Source of the DNA: a virus
Taxonomy: Duplodnaviria > Caudoviricetes
DNA length: 52,885 bases
Direction: 5' to 3' (one strand)
IMG/VR virus record: IMGVR_UViG_3300008952_003486
Coordinates: 1-52,885 of that record
Under the pieces are notes generated by a model. It had not been told where the DNA came from, made no database searches, and saw nothing but the letters and a program-made list of their open reading frames with translations. Shown here one piece after another: positions 8,631 through 19,858 of this stretch (the stretch's first letter is position 1; each line of letters begins with the position of its first letter). A program made the translations under genes and the position numbers.

Positions 8631-10429
8631 TACCTAATAACTCCTTTGATATCTACGTTAGGATATTTTAGTTCGAGCACCACATTCTGGGGTACCTTGA
8701 GCATCCTGCCGTCAGCAGATAGTTCTTTTTGGAAGTCGAAAAAAGTATTTGAATAATTTCCGCCGATCTTTAGAACTATTTTCGCACTTATTACATCTAG
8801 AATTCCTCCCACTTCCTTGAGAGTAGAATAGATGTCGGAAATATAAAAATTCTCTGAAATATCATAAAATTTACTAAACTTTTCTCTCAGGGCATCGACG
8901 GACTCGGATAAGACATCTGAGTTATCTTGATTCATTTTTCCTACCGCTTCAAATTCAATTCCAAAATTAACAATCTTGGCGTCTAGAATATCAACAGAAT
9001 CAGTAATCATTCTATTTTTATTCAACCATGTCTTCAGATTGTTTTTTAGGGAATCATTAGACTGCACCAAGTGTCCATTCTGATCTTCAGAAATTATGTA
9101 GGCGTTTAGGTTTCGCTTAAAAGACTTACTATCTTGTATCACATTCGCCTTCTTGACTACTCCAAACCTCTCTGGCATCGCATATATTAGTGTCAAATAG
9201 TCCTGTCTCGTGACCGCCCTGTTTTGGGACGCAAAGACTGATCCAGCGCGTTGCCTGATTTCTTCTGATGAAGGGGCAGTTATATCTCCCACAATGGGCA
9301 ACTCATTCGATATCTCGATAGAGTTCAGAACAGACTGGACGGTAGTGGGGGATAAGTCTGTTATATTTTCAAAAGAAAGTTCTGCCTTGTTCACTGTCGT
9401 TAGACTAGTTGCAGAGGCATTGACTGAGGCGGCAGTGTTGACGCGATATACTACTCGAATAGAAGTATTGGATGGTGCCACTCCCAATTTGTTTGAATCC
9501 AGCAACCTAGTAGGATCTATAGAAGAGTCGCTAACATAGTCTTTCCCGTTCTGAAACAAAACAACGGATCCGGGTTCTGTGAACGCAGAACTAATATCGC
9601 TCGACTCATCTCCTGCTCCAAATTGCAGAAAGACAGAGTTTCCTTCGCGCTCTACAACAAACCTCCTAGAAACAACAGTTGGTTGTATGAGAGACGGTGT
9701 GCGCTCCAAATCATCAGTATCAGTATTGGTTATGGACCTGTAGATGGTGTTCTGTGTTAGGTTCTCTACTTCGAAATACTCATTGCCTTCGGAATCTTGC
9801 ACCGAGATTATATCACATATGCCCGTACCTGGCATTTGAAGCTTCAAAAATTTCTGGAAGTCTCCCACAGGAAATGTAATTTCCGCGTATCTTCCTGATA
9901 CAACTTGTCCAAATGCTTGGATAGCATAGAAGGTTGGCAACCCCGTCGATTCATCAACTTGAGAGACCACCGTCTTATTTTCTGTCTTAGAAAAATCTAC
10001 ATCTTCGTTCAGAACAAATCCGATGCCAGAAACAGTAGAAAACTGAGAACCACGTTTCAAGACTGGTATATATGCTCGGTTGGGGGAACTTCCAATCGTA
10101 TCTGATGGTATTTGGATGTAAAAAGACGCCATTCCATAAGAGGATGGGGAGACGTTCATCTTATATCCATTTTGTCTCGCCAACTTTATGATGTTTTGAT
10201 ATTCTAGGGCGGTGGACAAATAACTTTCGTTTGCCTGATAGTCTACATAAAAAGATAGAATGTCTCCCACATACGAGACAGTATCCATCATGAGAGATCC
10301 AAACCCTGCCTCGCTAAAATCCTGATATGTATTCGCATAATATGTTTTAGCATAATTAATTAAATCTTTCTTGATTGTATCGAAATCTCTGCTCGTATAA
10401 TTGATTGCTATCTTTTTTCCATCTGGCAT
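8630..10429 (-). CDS. Baseplate wedge subunit, T4 gp6/baseplate J-like
   Basis: 599 aa. INYTSRDFDTIKKDL, DFSEAGFG, QANESYL, LQFG and SQNRAVTRQDY motifs. Confidence 0.9.
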   Translation of the reverse strand: MPDGKKIAINYTSRDFDTIKKDLINYAKTYYANTYQDFSEAGFGSLMMDTVSYVGDILSFYVDYQANESYLSTALEYQNIIKLARQNGYKMNVSPSSYGMASFYIQIPSDTIGSSPNRAYIPVLKRGSQFSTVSGIGFVLNEDVDFSKTENKTVVSQVDESTGLPTFYAIQAFGQVVSGRYAEITFPVGDFQKFLKLQMPGTGICDIISVQDSEGNEYFEVENLTQNTIYRSITNTDTDDLERTPSLIQPTVVSRRFVVEREGNSVFLQFGAGDESSDISSAFTEPGSVVLFQNGKDYVSDSSIDPTRLLDSNKLGVAPSNTSIRVVYRVNTAASVNASATSLTTVNKAELSFENITDLSPTTVQSVLNSIEISNELPIVGDITAPSSEEIRQRAGSVFASQNRAVTRQDYLTLIYAMPERFGVVKKANVIQDSKSFKRNLNAYIISEDQNGHLVQSNDSLKNNLKTWLNKNRMITDSVDILDAKIVNFGIEFEAVGKMNQDNSDVLSESVDALREKFSKFYDISENFYISDIYSTLKEVGGILDVISAKIVLKIGGNYSNTFFDFQKELSADGRMLKVPQNVVLELKYPNVDIKGVIR

Positions 10430-10448
10430 TTTATAAACTCTCCCGCAT

Positions 10449-10826
10449 TTATGACTCTATAGTCAATTCTAGTATATCAGTGAGATCCAATGGTTGTATA
10501 TCATATATTATAGCAACATTAAGATTCTCGGGTGCACTAAACTGATCCACATTAAATTGCACATCTATTACTTTGATGAACGGCATATACTTGCTTACCT
10601 GGGTGGCAATGGCAGATCTTATGGACCCGTAAGTAGACTCGCCGTTCATCTCGAACAGGAACCTCTTGATGCCCACCCCAAAGTCAGGAATCATCATTCT
10701 CTCCCCGGGGTTTGTGAGGACGAGATTCTTAAAATTCTGCTTGACAACCTGTATCATGCTCGTCGTTAGAGCGTACCCATACGAGTCGTCTTTCCTAAGT
10801 GGCAACGAAGGTGAGAACCCAGCCAT
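10449..10826 (-). CDS. Baseplate wedge subunit, gp25/GPW family
   Basis: 125 aa. NLVLTNPGERMMIPDFGVGIKRFLFE signature. Confidence 0.92.
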   Translation of the reverse strand: MAGFSPSLPLRKDDSYGYALTTSMIQVVKQNFKNLVLTNPGERMMIPDFGVGIKRFLFEMNGESTYGSIRSAIATQVSKYMPFIKVIDVQFNVDQFSAPENLNVAIIYDIQPLDLTDILELTIES

Positions 10827-10829
10827 ACT

Positions 10830-13800
10830 TTACCCCCTTCTCTTGTCTTCTTCATCACGAATCAGATCTATATCTATACATAGTTTTTCTTCGGGCTTTT
10901 TCTTGTTCTCAAGACCCACCTTTTCGCGTTGGCGCGCTTTTGTGCCAATATCAGGGAATTGTAGACTCTCTGATGCAACTATCGCATGATAAATGTATCC
11001 TAATGGAGAGTGAGGTGGTCCGGGACCATATCCGGATAGCATATCCATCGGCAGAGATGCTAATCCGATGGGACTGACTGGTAAATCAAGTTTATCTCCT
11101 GGCCAGACTGGTGCTGGGATGGGAATAATCGGTATACCATTCGGACCCTTTATCATGGTATCGGCACAACTATCATCATTCATTGATTCTAGGTAAAGTT
11201 TTGTAATTATAGATATGGATGTAACGATATCAAATTTAGCTACCGCCTTAGAAAACTCATAATACAATTCCTTCTCTGAAGTTGTTCCTGTTCGAAGTGA
11301 GAAAACACTATTACGCAAAAATGGATCCAAAGATTCACCAGTGATGGCATCATTGAAGGAGAAGATAGGCAACTCAAAAGTTATATTTTCAGACGGATCG
11401 TCTGACAACCCGGGTTGCGGTTCCACATAGTCTGGTGGTTGCAGAAAGTCCGGAAGAGGTATGGAAAATTTGCCCATGGGTGGCGGAAGATCGTATGGTC
11501 CTAAAGTTATTTTTAGTAAAAAGTTCTCTTCTGTTTCCTCTCCATTTTCATCTAATTTTTTCATAAACTTAGGCAACAACTTACCTGCTTTTCCTGCCTT
11601 CACAATGACGGCGGCAGGAGCAATTACAGGATCAAGAAATTCTGCCAATCCCTTGAAGATAAGTTTAGGAGTCTGAACTGCCAAGTCAAACAATCCAGGT
11701 TTGCGCGCGCTACCATCTGTGCTCATGTTGCTCTGTGCATGCGCATTTTGTTCTCTGTTTCCTCCCCTCTTTCTCTCTTCCTCATTCTCAAAAGTATAGT
11801 CGCCGCCGTTCAAAAGAGTTTCAAACAACTTCTTAAGTTCTGCCTTTGTTCCATCAAAGAAAGTCTCTGACATCTCATTGAGCAAGTTGGCATATATAGA
11901 AGAAAACGAAAGCAATGTATTGGACGGTGTACAATACTTGAAGATAAGGTTATATCCAGGCGATGTCTTCATAGAGTTCATCAATCTGCTCATGAATTCG
12001 CGCGACCACATTTCTTGTAAATCCTTATTTCTCTTTCGTCGTCCGACTCCTATCGAACTATATACGTCGGAAAGTTTCGTGTCGCCGCTAACTGTAATTG
12101 GAATCTCAACTTCAGACATCGGAAGCAGTGTGAGGGACCTCTCCATTTGAATCTTACTGAATGCTTGGGCAGCATTAATCTGATCGTTCATCATTTGCGC
12201 AGACATTATTCCGTCTCGCTTCGGAAAAGGTTGTATCTGAAATCCGTCATCATTCAGCGCATTGGTCAAGGACTGAATTGATTCGCCTGCTTTCACCACT
12301 GCATCCGGATTGTTCGGATCGAAAGTCTTTATCTTTCCGAGAGCGGTATCGAGAGCGGTCCTCTCTGGTCCGCTGATAATGCCATCCTGGATGCCTGCCT
12401 CATACGCCAACTGTCCCGGATATTTATAAAATTCTGCCTGCTCTTTCCGTTCAACTTCTATTCTCTCATATTGCCTAAAACTTCTGCTAGCATTGACGGC
12501 AAGCCCATTAAAGAGAAAACTTACAGGATTTGGATCTGTGCCCGGCAATCCAGGCACCTTTACTGTTCGCGAGGCGACACCCGGATCTGAATTTTCTGGA
12601 ACTTCCTCGAAATCATTAGTAGGTGCGACGTAAACCATCCTAACCCCGAAAGACCAGGAATCATATAGATCTTCAAATTTGGCATTTGGGTTTTGCTCTG
12701 AAATCTCGTTAAACTCATCTTGCCACTCTTCTATATTATATATCTGCTCTAGTTCAACGTTAATGCTCGGAATCAAAGACGCAATTGCCGAAGAATCTCC
12801 TGTCTGCTGAAACGGGGAATCAGTGCGCGCTGAAGAATCTAAGACCTCCCTCGGACACAAAATTTGTGAAATGCCAAGTCCGGACGCGGTTTTCTTACGA
12901 AAACTTGTCACCATTTGAGAAGATCCAACATTCTCAGTCCTGTCTAATAGCGCAGAGTCCTCCGCATCTCCAGAAGTGGCGCCTATTATATCTGTCGCCT
13001 GCGAGTCTATGCCGCTGTCGAGATCTAACAGATCTGTATTTGCACCACTGCTCTTTCTCTTCACTTTAATATACTTTTCAAAAACAAGGGCGCCATTTTC
13101 TTCGGAAAGAGGAAACCTTCCCTTCGTATCTCCGCGAGTAAAAGTAGAAAGATTATCGATCTCGTCTATTGTCCCTTCCTCGACGCCAGTTCCGAAATCC
13201 CCCACAACCGGAGGCGTGTCTGCTATGACATTCAGTGCCTTTTCGGCGGTACCAATAAGACCTGCGGCGTCTGGACTGCCGGCAACTGCATTGTCAACGC
13301 ATCCCTCAAGGGCGCCGAAACTCGGTAGTGCGACGCCCGATACATCTTCCGCGAATTCTGTTGCATCGTCAAATAATCCTTCAAAGAACCCCTCGTCACC
13401 GTCTTCAGGCTGCGCCGTTTCGTCGGCGGCGCCCGTAAAGGCGCCCACCAAACACTCAACGCCAACACCAACCGTGTTTGCTATCTCAACAATCCCGTCA
13501 ACCGAAGATCCGAGAAGGTTGGCGAGTCGGTTATCCTCCCATTCTGCGAACTCTTTAAGGTATTCTCCGTATTGTCTCTGTAGTTCCACCTCCTCTAAAT
13601 TTCTCAAACTTCGAAACTTTTTCGAAAACCTAGGCTCGCCCTTTTCTCTTTGTATATCAAACAATGGTACCCTTCGATTCAACAAGTTGTCATCAAAAGT
13701 GAGAGTTCCCTTAAGGCAAATCAGATCTTGTAACTTCGGCATCAAAGAATAAAGTTGCTCTTCGGCAAGAAACCTTATACGACTGCGAACTATCTGCTCC

Positions 13801-16800
13801 TTGGCGCTCCGGACGGTGGTAGAGGTATTTACAGATCCCGGGTCTGGAGACTCACAAGAGACATTCGCTGCGTTTACAGAGTCGAACTCCTCCATCCTCA
13901 CTTCTTCTCCCGATGGTCGTCCATTGAATTCTTGAATTGCGGCATCGGCATACATCCAATTGATTCCTATCTCCGAACTCTGCTCTATTATATCCGGCAC
14001 GGATCCGAAGGGACAAAACGGTTTCATCCTCAACTTGAAAATAACTTCTACTTGATTCAGGAATGAATCATAGTAAGCTTGACCAAATCTCTTGATTCCT
14101 CTCAGCGTCTCTTCTATGATATATTCCACCATCAGTTTGTTGATAAACTCTTCTCCTGCGAAAACAGAAACCGGATACATTGCGCGCAGCAATTGCTCAA
14201 GAGCATACGCGCGTATTGTGGTCATTACACATCCAGTCATTCCTGCTGCCTCTAGAGCAGACAGTCCGGTTCTACCAAGTCCATCAACCGCTATCTCATC
14301 TTCAAGGGGAGAGCATTTGATATATTGCTCATACGCTTCCCTTGTCCTCTTCTTGACAGTATCAAGCGCTAGAATATGGGGATCAAAATCACATTCTCTC
14401 TCCTCTTCGCCTGTTGGTGATGGTGCCCAATCAACAATCTTGATATACGGCGTCTTATCCGTCTTCGTTCTCTTGAAGAGGGGAGTATCTAGTATCTCGC
14501 TTCCTATGCCATTTACCATCTGCGTCAGCAAATCACCATACATTTTTTTATAGACAAAATCTTTTAATTCTGTAGGAACTGATGACATCGCAGTCCGACA
14601 AACGCTGTCAGTGAAACCATACAAAACATCAGTTTGTGGGATGCCTCCGGGCGTTATTAACTTGTTGCCTGTCTTTTCTTGAAGTAGACCTATGATCCTC
14701 TCTGCCCGACTGTCTACCGACGTGACGCCTGCCAAACGACTTCTGTAAATTGCGGACTCGAAGGGTCCAAAACTGATGCTGGGAGTGACTTGTCCAGGTG
14801 GAAGATTTGCTCCGCCGCCAATTGGAATAGTGCTTGGATCAACAGGAATATCTCCTATTTGCAACAAGAAAGTATTCTTATAATCATTGCTGTCTTTTGC
14901 TGGTGCGAGAGAAAATTTTAATGAAAAAGTGCTAGGTTTGAAAGTTCCCCCCTCTTTATAGGGTTCGGTTAGGGCAAAATACATACTGTCATCTCCAGAG
15001 TCAGTACCTACCCTTAATCTATTTATGTTTTTCAAACCATATTTAGAGTCCGCAGCAAACCTAAAAAACTTTTCTGGAACAGTAACGGCATCCAGCGGAA
15101 ACGAATTGAACGGAGTGGGAAGTATGCCTGCTACTTTTATCTTTTCCGTTGTATAGGGACCATACTTGCCTTGCGGATCTCCGTCTGGAGGAACATATCC
15201 TTGCGCGACTAGTCTTTGAAATTCTGGATTTATCACGGTTCTCTTAGGGAGCCATTCTGGGAACTCAATGGTAAATGTTTCTTCCTGCATTTTAAACCAA
15301 TTGAATATATCAAAATCTATCTTTGCTCCCTGCTTTGTTGTGCGAGGAACAGACTTCTTTCTTTCATATGGCACATCCATGCCGTCGGGAATCCTAAGCG
15401 CCTCTGAATCATATGCCATATATATGCCATCGTACATGACGCCAACAACTTTCTTTACTAAAAAGAGAAGAGAGGCGCTATCCTTCGGTATCAATCCGTT
15501 GTCAATAGTGCTGCCCTTTTCCTCGCAAAAAGTAGTAGGGATATCCAGTTCGGTAGGATTGTCTAGTAAATCTATTATCCTGTCTATTGTATCGTCTGGG
15601 GGCACGTCGCCCGGGAAGGTATCTTTCTTTAGTTCATCCCTCACGCACTTGCTCTCAAAGGTACATCCCAGTCCTCGACTAATAGTAGTTATTTGCGCCA
15701 AAATGGCGGATACATCAACTAATTTCTCAAGAGTGCCAAACATGACTACTACGCCCTCTCGGGTATTGACTTTCTCATACAGTTCCGTGTGTCGTATGCG
15801 TATAACATCCACTATGGTGTCCAAAACAACTGGACTGGATGTCCCATTGAAGAGTGCCGATAATTCTGCCGGAGTTAGTATTGCTGATAAATCTGCCAGC
15901 AATCTCTTGATTAGAGAGCACTTTCTGGCGACATCTTTTAGGATCTCGTCATCTGACAACTTAGTTCCTATATCTATAAACCCGTCGCCTGCGCCATTGC
16001 CGCCAGATCCGGCGGAAACCCATGAACCGCCGGCGGCAACACAGTCGCTCTCGTTCAGGGCGGCGACAGTTCCGTCTGGAAGCGTACAGACGCCTCCTTC
16101 GCCGGCAGAAGGATTAGTTGCTGGCGGTTGTGCCGTTGGAGATGCCGTTGGAGGATAATCCCCCATAGAATCATAGAAGTCTGCCAAAAGTTCTGTAATG
16201 CTGCCTGCCCCAACCTTATTCGCTATTGCATCCAGCAGGTCGGCATCGCCGTGAGATGTATCTTCCGGAGTCTCTTCCGTTTCTTCCTTGCAAAACCAAA
16301 GAATCTGATCTAAAATCGCTTGGATCATGCCGACAATTAGTCCCGTCAGCAACTCAATTATCGCTGCTTCCAGCATTGTTGCAATAGCAGATTGAAGATC
16401 TACGACAGGTAAATCATCCGGGAATAACACTGTTGGAATCTTGAAAATATTTTTCAGTTTATCAACGGGAGGATTTTCAATTGTAGAGCACACTTCGTCC
16501 AATACTCGATCAAAGTTATCGAACCCTTCTTTTCTCAGAGCCAATTCAAGAACTGCCAGAAACTTCAACCCTTCGGTATTGTTTTTCGGTATATCAACTT
16601 CCGAATAATCTACCCCATCAATAATAAACTGACCTGTCTGCGCTACTTGCAATGCACGATCTGCTAGAAATGATTTATCTGCTGGCAACTTAGTCTTGAA
16701 TGTTCCATATCCCAACAATATGTTCTTATCTAAAATGCCTTCAATCATCTCCCTGCAAGTAAGTAAGCTCTTGAGGCAATCAATTGTTTGCTTTATGAGT

Positions 16801-18281
16801 TGATCTACTGGAATGCGATTCAAAATTTCAGTGTATGTGCCATCTAGAACACGAGTGCCTGATGCTTTAGCGCCGGATGCTATTCTTTTCGATATCGCAG
16901 ACAGATTACTTATAACAATGTCGCCCGCTGCTGTGGAAGATTTTTCTTCTTGTGCAACCGCTGCTCCAATAATATCCGGGTTTGCCAGAACCTCATCTTC
17001 CTTTTCCACCTCTTCTCTCGTCTTGTAGGAAGCTTTGCTAAACTTCTGAACAAGACCCGCTACAACCGAATTGGTTTCCAGCAACTGATCAAATAATTTT
17101 GATGGATCGGAATTCTTTATTATAACGGGAGGAACAATATATCTTTCTACGAAATCTTCCCATGGTATATTGGGCGCATAGAATTCCTGATTTTGAATTT
17201 TTAGAATAGTGTTGGTGCCGATATTGGATACATCTTTTATTTTGGATAGAAGTGCCATCGAGCGCAAGTTATTAAATGGAGGCGCGTTCGATAGTAGCGG
17301 CATGCCCTTGAGAAGAGGAAACTTCTCTCCCGCCTTATCGATATATACATAAATTACTTCATAGTCTTCATTCAGAAATATATTAATATCATCTTCTATC
17401 ACATTCTTCAACTCAATATCGTTCAGGACTATGTGATTGACGACTGACGGGTAAAATTCTGCGAGGGTGTCGATCTGAACTTGAAGGTCTAGATTTTCCA
17501 CCTTTCCAAACGCTGCTTCAAAATTATCAATTTTTTTCTTATATGCTGCTAAATTAATATTTGCTCTAGTGATAGTATCTGTTATTTCTCCAACTTCCAT
17601 AGAGATTACAAACGCAGGATTCGGAGGTTCTGGAATAGAAATTATAGGCAGGTATATCTTTGCCCCTTCCTCAAAACTTGTCTTGAGTGATGAGTTCTGG
17701 TTTACGCTAGATATCCACGCCTCTATCGATTTTTCATCCGCGGTCTCTATATCTACGTTGTTCGCTCGTAAAATTTCAGCGATGCGCGCTCGGTGACCCA
17801 TTTCGGTGGAATCATTGACATGAAAATATCCTATATAGTCTTCTGCTAAAGTATGTAAGGTTGACCCCTCGGAAACTATTTGTAAAGTATATTTGCCCTT
17901 CTCACTAATGTTGTCGAAAGCTCGTGCATCCACCAAGACATAGGATAGCAATCCGGATCCGGGTCGTATAGGCACCCTCACATCTTCAACCCATGTATTG
18001 CTTTTCGCTATTTGTAAATTTCTGGCAGTGTAATATTTATTATAGAATTCAAACAACTTTTCTATAGCGGCGTCACGGATTGGTCCCATTGCTGCCTGAT
18101 CGATAACTTTGTTTCCAGAACTATCGGTAGTCATTATCTGGGTTATCCCGAAATCCCCCTCAATAATCCACCCATATGCTACGGCGCGCCGGTCCATCAC
18201 CGGCTCCCTCTTGGACTGAAGTGCCCAATCAGGAACTACTTTAGCATCGATGCTTTTATATCCTATATTCCTAAATGACAT
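10830..18281 (-). CDS. Very large putative virion/baseplate-associated protein (possible interrupted LysM-like N-terminal domain)
   Basis: 2483-aa uninterrupted ORF between the spike-like and gp25-like genes. YTLQIVSEGSTLHTLAEDY...EILRANN...EGAKIYLP resembles LysM. Confidence 0.6.
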   Translation of the reverse strand: MSFRNIGYKSIDAKVVPDWALQSKREPVMDRRAVAYGWIIEGDFGITQIMTTDSSGNKVIDQAAMGPIRDAAIEKLFEFYNKYYTARNLQIAKSNTWVEDVRVPIRPGSGLLSYVLVDARAFDNISEKGKYTLQIVSEGSTLHTLAEDYIGYFHVNDSTEMGHRARIAEILRANNVDIETADEKSIEAWISSVNQNSSLKTSFEEGAKIYLPIISIPEPPNPAFVISMEVGEITDTITRANINLAAYKKKIDNFEAAFGKVENLDLQVQIDTLAEFYPSVVNHIVLNDIELKNVIEDDINIFLNEDYEVIYVYIDKAGEKFPLLKGMPLLSNAPPFNNLRSMALLSKIKDVSNIGTNTILKIQNQEFYAPNIPWEDFVERYIVPPVIIKNSDPSKLFDQLLETNSVVAGLVQKFSKASYKTREEVEKEDEVLANPDIIGAAVAQEEKSSTAAGDIVISNLSAISKRIASGAKASGTRVLDGTYTEILNRIPVDQLIKQTIDCLKSLLTCREMIEGILDKNILLGYGTFKTKLPADKSFLADRALQVAQTGQFIIDGVDYSEVDIPKNNTEGLKFLAVLELALRKEGFDNFDRVLDEVCSTIENPPVDKLKNIFKIPTVLFPDDLPVVDLQSAIATMLEAAIIELLTGLIVGMIQAILDQILWFCKEETEETPEDTSHGDADLLDAIANKVGAGSITELLADFYDSMGDYPPTASPTAQPPATNPSAGEGGVCTLPDGTVAALNESDCVAAGGSWVSAGSGGNGAGDGFIDIGTKLSDDEILKDVARKCSLIKRLLADLSAILTPAELSALFNGTSSPVVLDTIVDVIRIRHTELYEKVNTREGVVVMFGTLEKLVDVSAILAQITTISRGLGCTFESKCVRDELKKDTFPGDVPPDDTIDRIIDLLDNPTELDIPTTFCEEKGSTIDNGLIPKDSASLLFLVKKVVGVMYDGIYMAYDSEALRIPDGMDVPYERKKSVPRTTKQGAKIDFDIFNWFKMQEETFTIEFPEWLPKRTVINPEFQRLVAQGYVPPDGDPQGKYGPYTTEKIKVAGILPTPFNSFPLDAVTVPEKFFRFAADSKYGLKNINRLRVGTDSGDDSMYFALTEPYKEGGTFKPSTFSLKFSLAPAKDSNDYKNTFLLQIGDIPVDPSTIPIGGGANLPPGQVTPSISFGPFESAIYRSRLAGVTSVDSRAERIIGLLQEKTGNKLITPGGIPQTDVLYGFTDSVCRTAMSSVPTELKDFVYKKMYGDLLTQMVNGIGSEILDTPLFKRTKTDKTPYIKIVDWAPSPTGEEERECDFDPHILALDTVKKRTREAYEQYIKCSPLEDEIAVDGLGRTGLSALEAAGMTGCVMTTIRAYALEQLLRAMYPVSVFAGEEFINKLMVEYIIEETLRGIKRFGQAYYDSFLNQVEVIFKLRMKPFCPFGSVPDIIEQSSEIGINWMYADAAIQEFNGRPSGEEVRMEEFDSVNAANVSCESPDPGSVNTSTTVRSAKEQIVRSRIRFLAEEQLYSLMPKLQDLICLKGTLTFDDNLLNRRVPLFDIQREKGEPRFSKKFRSLRNLEEVELQRQYGEYLKEFAEWEDNRLANLLGSSVDGIVEIANTVGVGVECLVGAFTGAADETAQPEDGDEGFFEGLFDDATEFAEDVSGVALPSFGALEGCVDNAVAGSPDAAGLIGTAEKALNVIADTPPVVGDFGTGVEEGTIDEIDNLSTFTRGDTKGRFPLSEENGALVFEKYIKVKRKSSGANTDLLDLDSGIDSQATDIIGATSGDAEDSALLDRTENVGSSQMVTSFRKKTASGLGISQILCPREVLDSSARTDSPFQQTGDSSAIASLIPSINVELEQIYNIEEWQDEFNEISEQNPNAKFEDLYDSWSFGVRMVYVAPTNDFEEVPENSDPGVASRTVKVPGLPGTDPNPVSFLFNGLAVNASRSFRQYERIEVERKEQAEFYKYPGQLAYEAGIQDGIISGPERTALDTALGKIKTFDPNNPDAVVKAGESIQSLTNALNDDGFQIQPFPKRDGIMSAQMMNDQINAAQAFSKIQMERSLTLLPMSEVEIPITVSGDTKLSDVYSSIGVGRRKRNKDLQEMWSREFMSRLMNSMKTSPGYNLIFKYCTPSNTLLSFSSIYANLLNEMSETFFDGTKAELKKLFETLLNGGDYTFENEEERKRGGNREQNAHAQSNMSTDGSARKPGLFDLAVQTPKLIFKGLAEFLDPVIAPAAVIVKAGKAGKLLPKFMKKLDENGEETEENFLLKITLGPYDLPPPMGKFSIPLPDFLQPPDYVEPQPGLSDDPSENITFELPIFSFNDAITGESLDPFLRNSVFSLRTGTTSEKELYYEFSKAVAKFDIVTSISIITKLYLESMNDDSCADTMIKGPNGIPIIPIPAPVWPGDKLDLPVSPIGLASLPMDMLSGYGPGPPHSPLGYIYHAIVASESLQFPDIGTKARQREKVGLENKKKPEEKLCIDIDLIRDEEDKRRG

Positions 18282-18293
18282 TCTTTGGTTTCT

Positions 18294-19199
18294 CTAGTTG
18301 GTATGATTCCATCTACTGTTAATGTACTTCTCTCCCGACGAGACAAGATAAGTTTGTTTAAAATTAACTAAATTAGTTTTGTTCGTGATAAGAGATCTTT
18401 TAGTTTCTTGCAGGAAATCGATCATAGTTTTTATGCCTTTTCCGACCACCGCATCTGATGGGGTAGTGGGATTCCCGTACCATGGAGAATAGTGAAAATG
18501 GTGTGTAAGACTTTCGTTGAAATTCATCTGAGTGGTTAGCAGGTGATCTACAATTCCGTTTAGTTGACTTATGTGATCTACTATTCTCCCCAAGGCCAAA
18601 GATAAGTTGTTTCCCTTTACGAAGGGTTGCATATCCTCGTCATAATTTCCTGCTATCAAGTCTATGCCGCCGATGGAAACAATATCGCCCCCTTGTGAAT
18701 TCTTCTTGTCAACCCCCGTTACTAACTTTATCCCCTCTCTCGCTACCAATCGCACGCCGTCCGCCTTCAGCACCACCGCGGATTTGGATGGCGCTTGCCC
18801 GACGACACCTGCTTTTATTTTAAAGTTTTCATCAACGTCCGTCTTCTGACTGACATAGATTCGTGCGGCGTCGGTAGTGAAGTTGGGGTCAACATATACG
18901 TGCTTTGGGTTCGGACCCATTCGGCCAACAACGATATCGATAGATGAGCACTGCGTGTGTCCCATGCCGCCGTACCCACTGAACCTGCTTCCCGGTCTAT
19001 CGACCCCCAAAACAACTTGGGCATTAACCTTCCTGTTGTCTCCAACTATTGTCTCTCTTTGATTGGATATATACATGGGAATGGTTTCGGTAGAAACCAT
19101 TCCTCCAACTCCCTTGACGAAAACAGAACGATCTGGGGGCAGTTCGTCTACGACTTTTGTCGTGTTTGGATTTGGATCTACACCCTTTTTTATAGTCAT
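18294..19199 (-). CDS. Baseplate central spike-like protein
   Basis: 301 aa. Beta-helix-like VVLKADGVRLVAREGIKLVTG and near-C-terminal THHFHYSP (HxH apex motif); baseplate context. Confidence 0.65.
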   Translation of the reverse strand: MTIKKGVDPNPNTTKVVDELPPDRSVFVKGVGGMVSTETIPMYISNQRETIVGDNRKVNAQVVLGVDRPGSRFSGYGGMGHTQCSSIDIVVGRMGPNPKHVYVDPNFTTDAARIYVSQKTDVDENFKIKAGVVGQAPSKSAVVLKADGVRLVAREGIKLVTGVDKKNSQGGDIVSIGGIDLIAGNYDEDMQPFVKGNNLSLALGRIVDHISQLNGIVDHLLTTQMNFNESLTHHFHYSPWYGNPTTPSDAVVGKGIKTMIDFLQETKRSLITNKTNLVNFKQTYLVSSGEKYINSRWNHTN

Positions 19200-19858
19200 T
19201 TTTCAACGTCCTCCAATCCTGGATTTCCGGACTCTCTCAGCACAGAGAGAGTCTTCTTTTGAGATATCAGTTTATCCGCCCAGCGATACTCAACATGCGG
19301 GGGATCTGTGCCTATCAACTGTCCAGGTTCCATATTAAAATTTCCGCCCCATACCAAGTCTGGAAATTGCCTTTCAATGATTTTACCCAAATAATTCCAA
19401 AAATCAAGCACTACCTGATCCAGTACCTTTGTCCGCGGCAGGGATTCGCTTGTTTGCAACATATTTACTCCGATGTTATAGACTCCCGCATACTCGTCTT
19501 TCTTGCTGTGGGCACTCTGATTGATGTCCGGACTGGTAACTTTATCAATTCTGCTCTTTTTCAAAGTTCTGATCGCTCTATGATCTATTAAGAAGTCAAC
19601 CGCTAAACCGTGCACGTGTTTGCTCTTCATTGGGTCGTGCATCTTTGAGAGACCCAAAGAAATTAACTTCTTTTGTCTGAGTGGTGTCCTATATGTCTCG
19701 TATATTTTGAATGGCATCTGGTGCTGCCTTATGACCAACTTTAGATCATAAATTAGATCTGCGAATTCGGGATAAAGAAATCCAATTCCATCTATTCTTT
19801 TTAGTAATTTTTGATGCCTGATTTGAGCGGGAGTCAGGTCCTCCTGGCATCTCGTCAT
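19196..19858 (-). CDS. M15 family zinc peptidase (L-Ala-D-Glu/D-Ala-D-Ala peptidase-like peptidoglycan hydrolase)
   Basis: YETYRTPLRQ, SKHVHGLAVDF and WGGNF...DPPHVE motifs. Confidence 0.88.
   Translation of the reverse strand: MTRCQEDLTPAQIRHQKLLKRIDGIGFLYPEFADLIYDLKLVIRQHQMPFKIYETYRTPLRQKKLISLGLSKMHDPMKSKHVHGLAVDFLIDHRAIRTLKKSRIDKVTSPDINQSAHSKKDEYAGVYNIGVNMLQTSESLPRTKVLDQVVLDFWNYLGKIIERQFPDLVWGGNFNMEPGQLIGTDPPHVEYRWADKLISQKKTLSVLRESGNPGLEDVEK

Noticed and set aside
12976-16158. Long plus-strand ORFs (258 aa at 12976-13752; 296 aa at 15268-16158)
   Set aside because: Antisense shadows of the 2483-aa gene; Ser/Pro-rich with no recognisable motifs.
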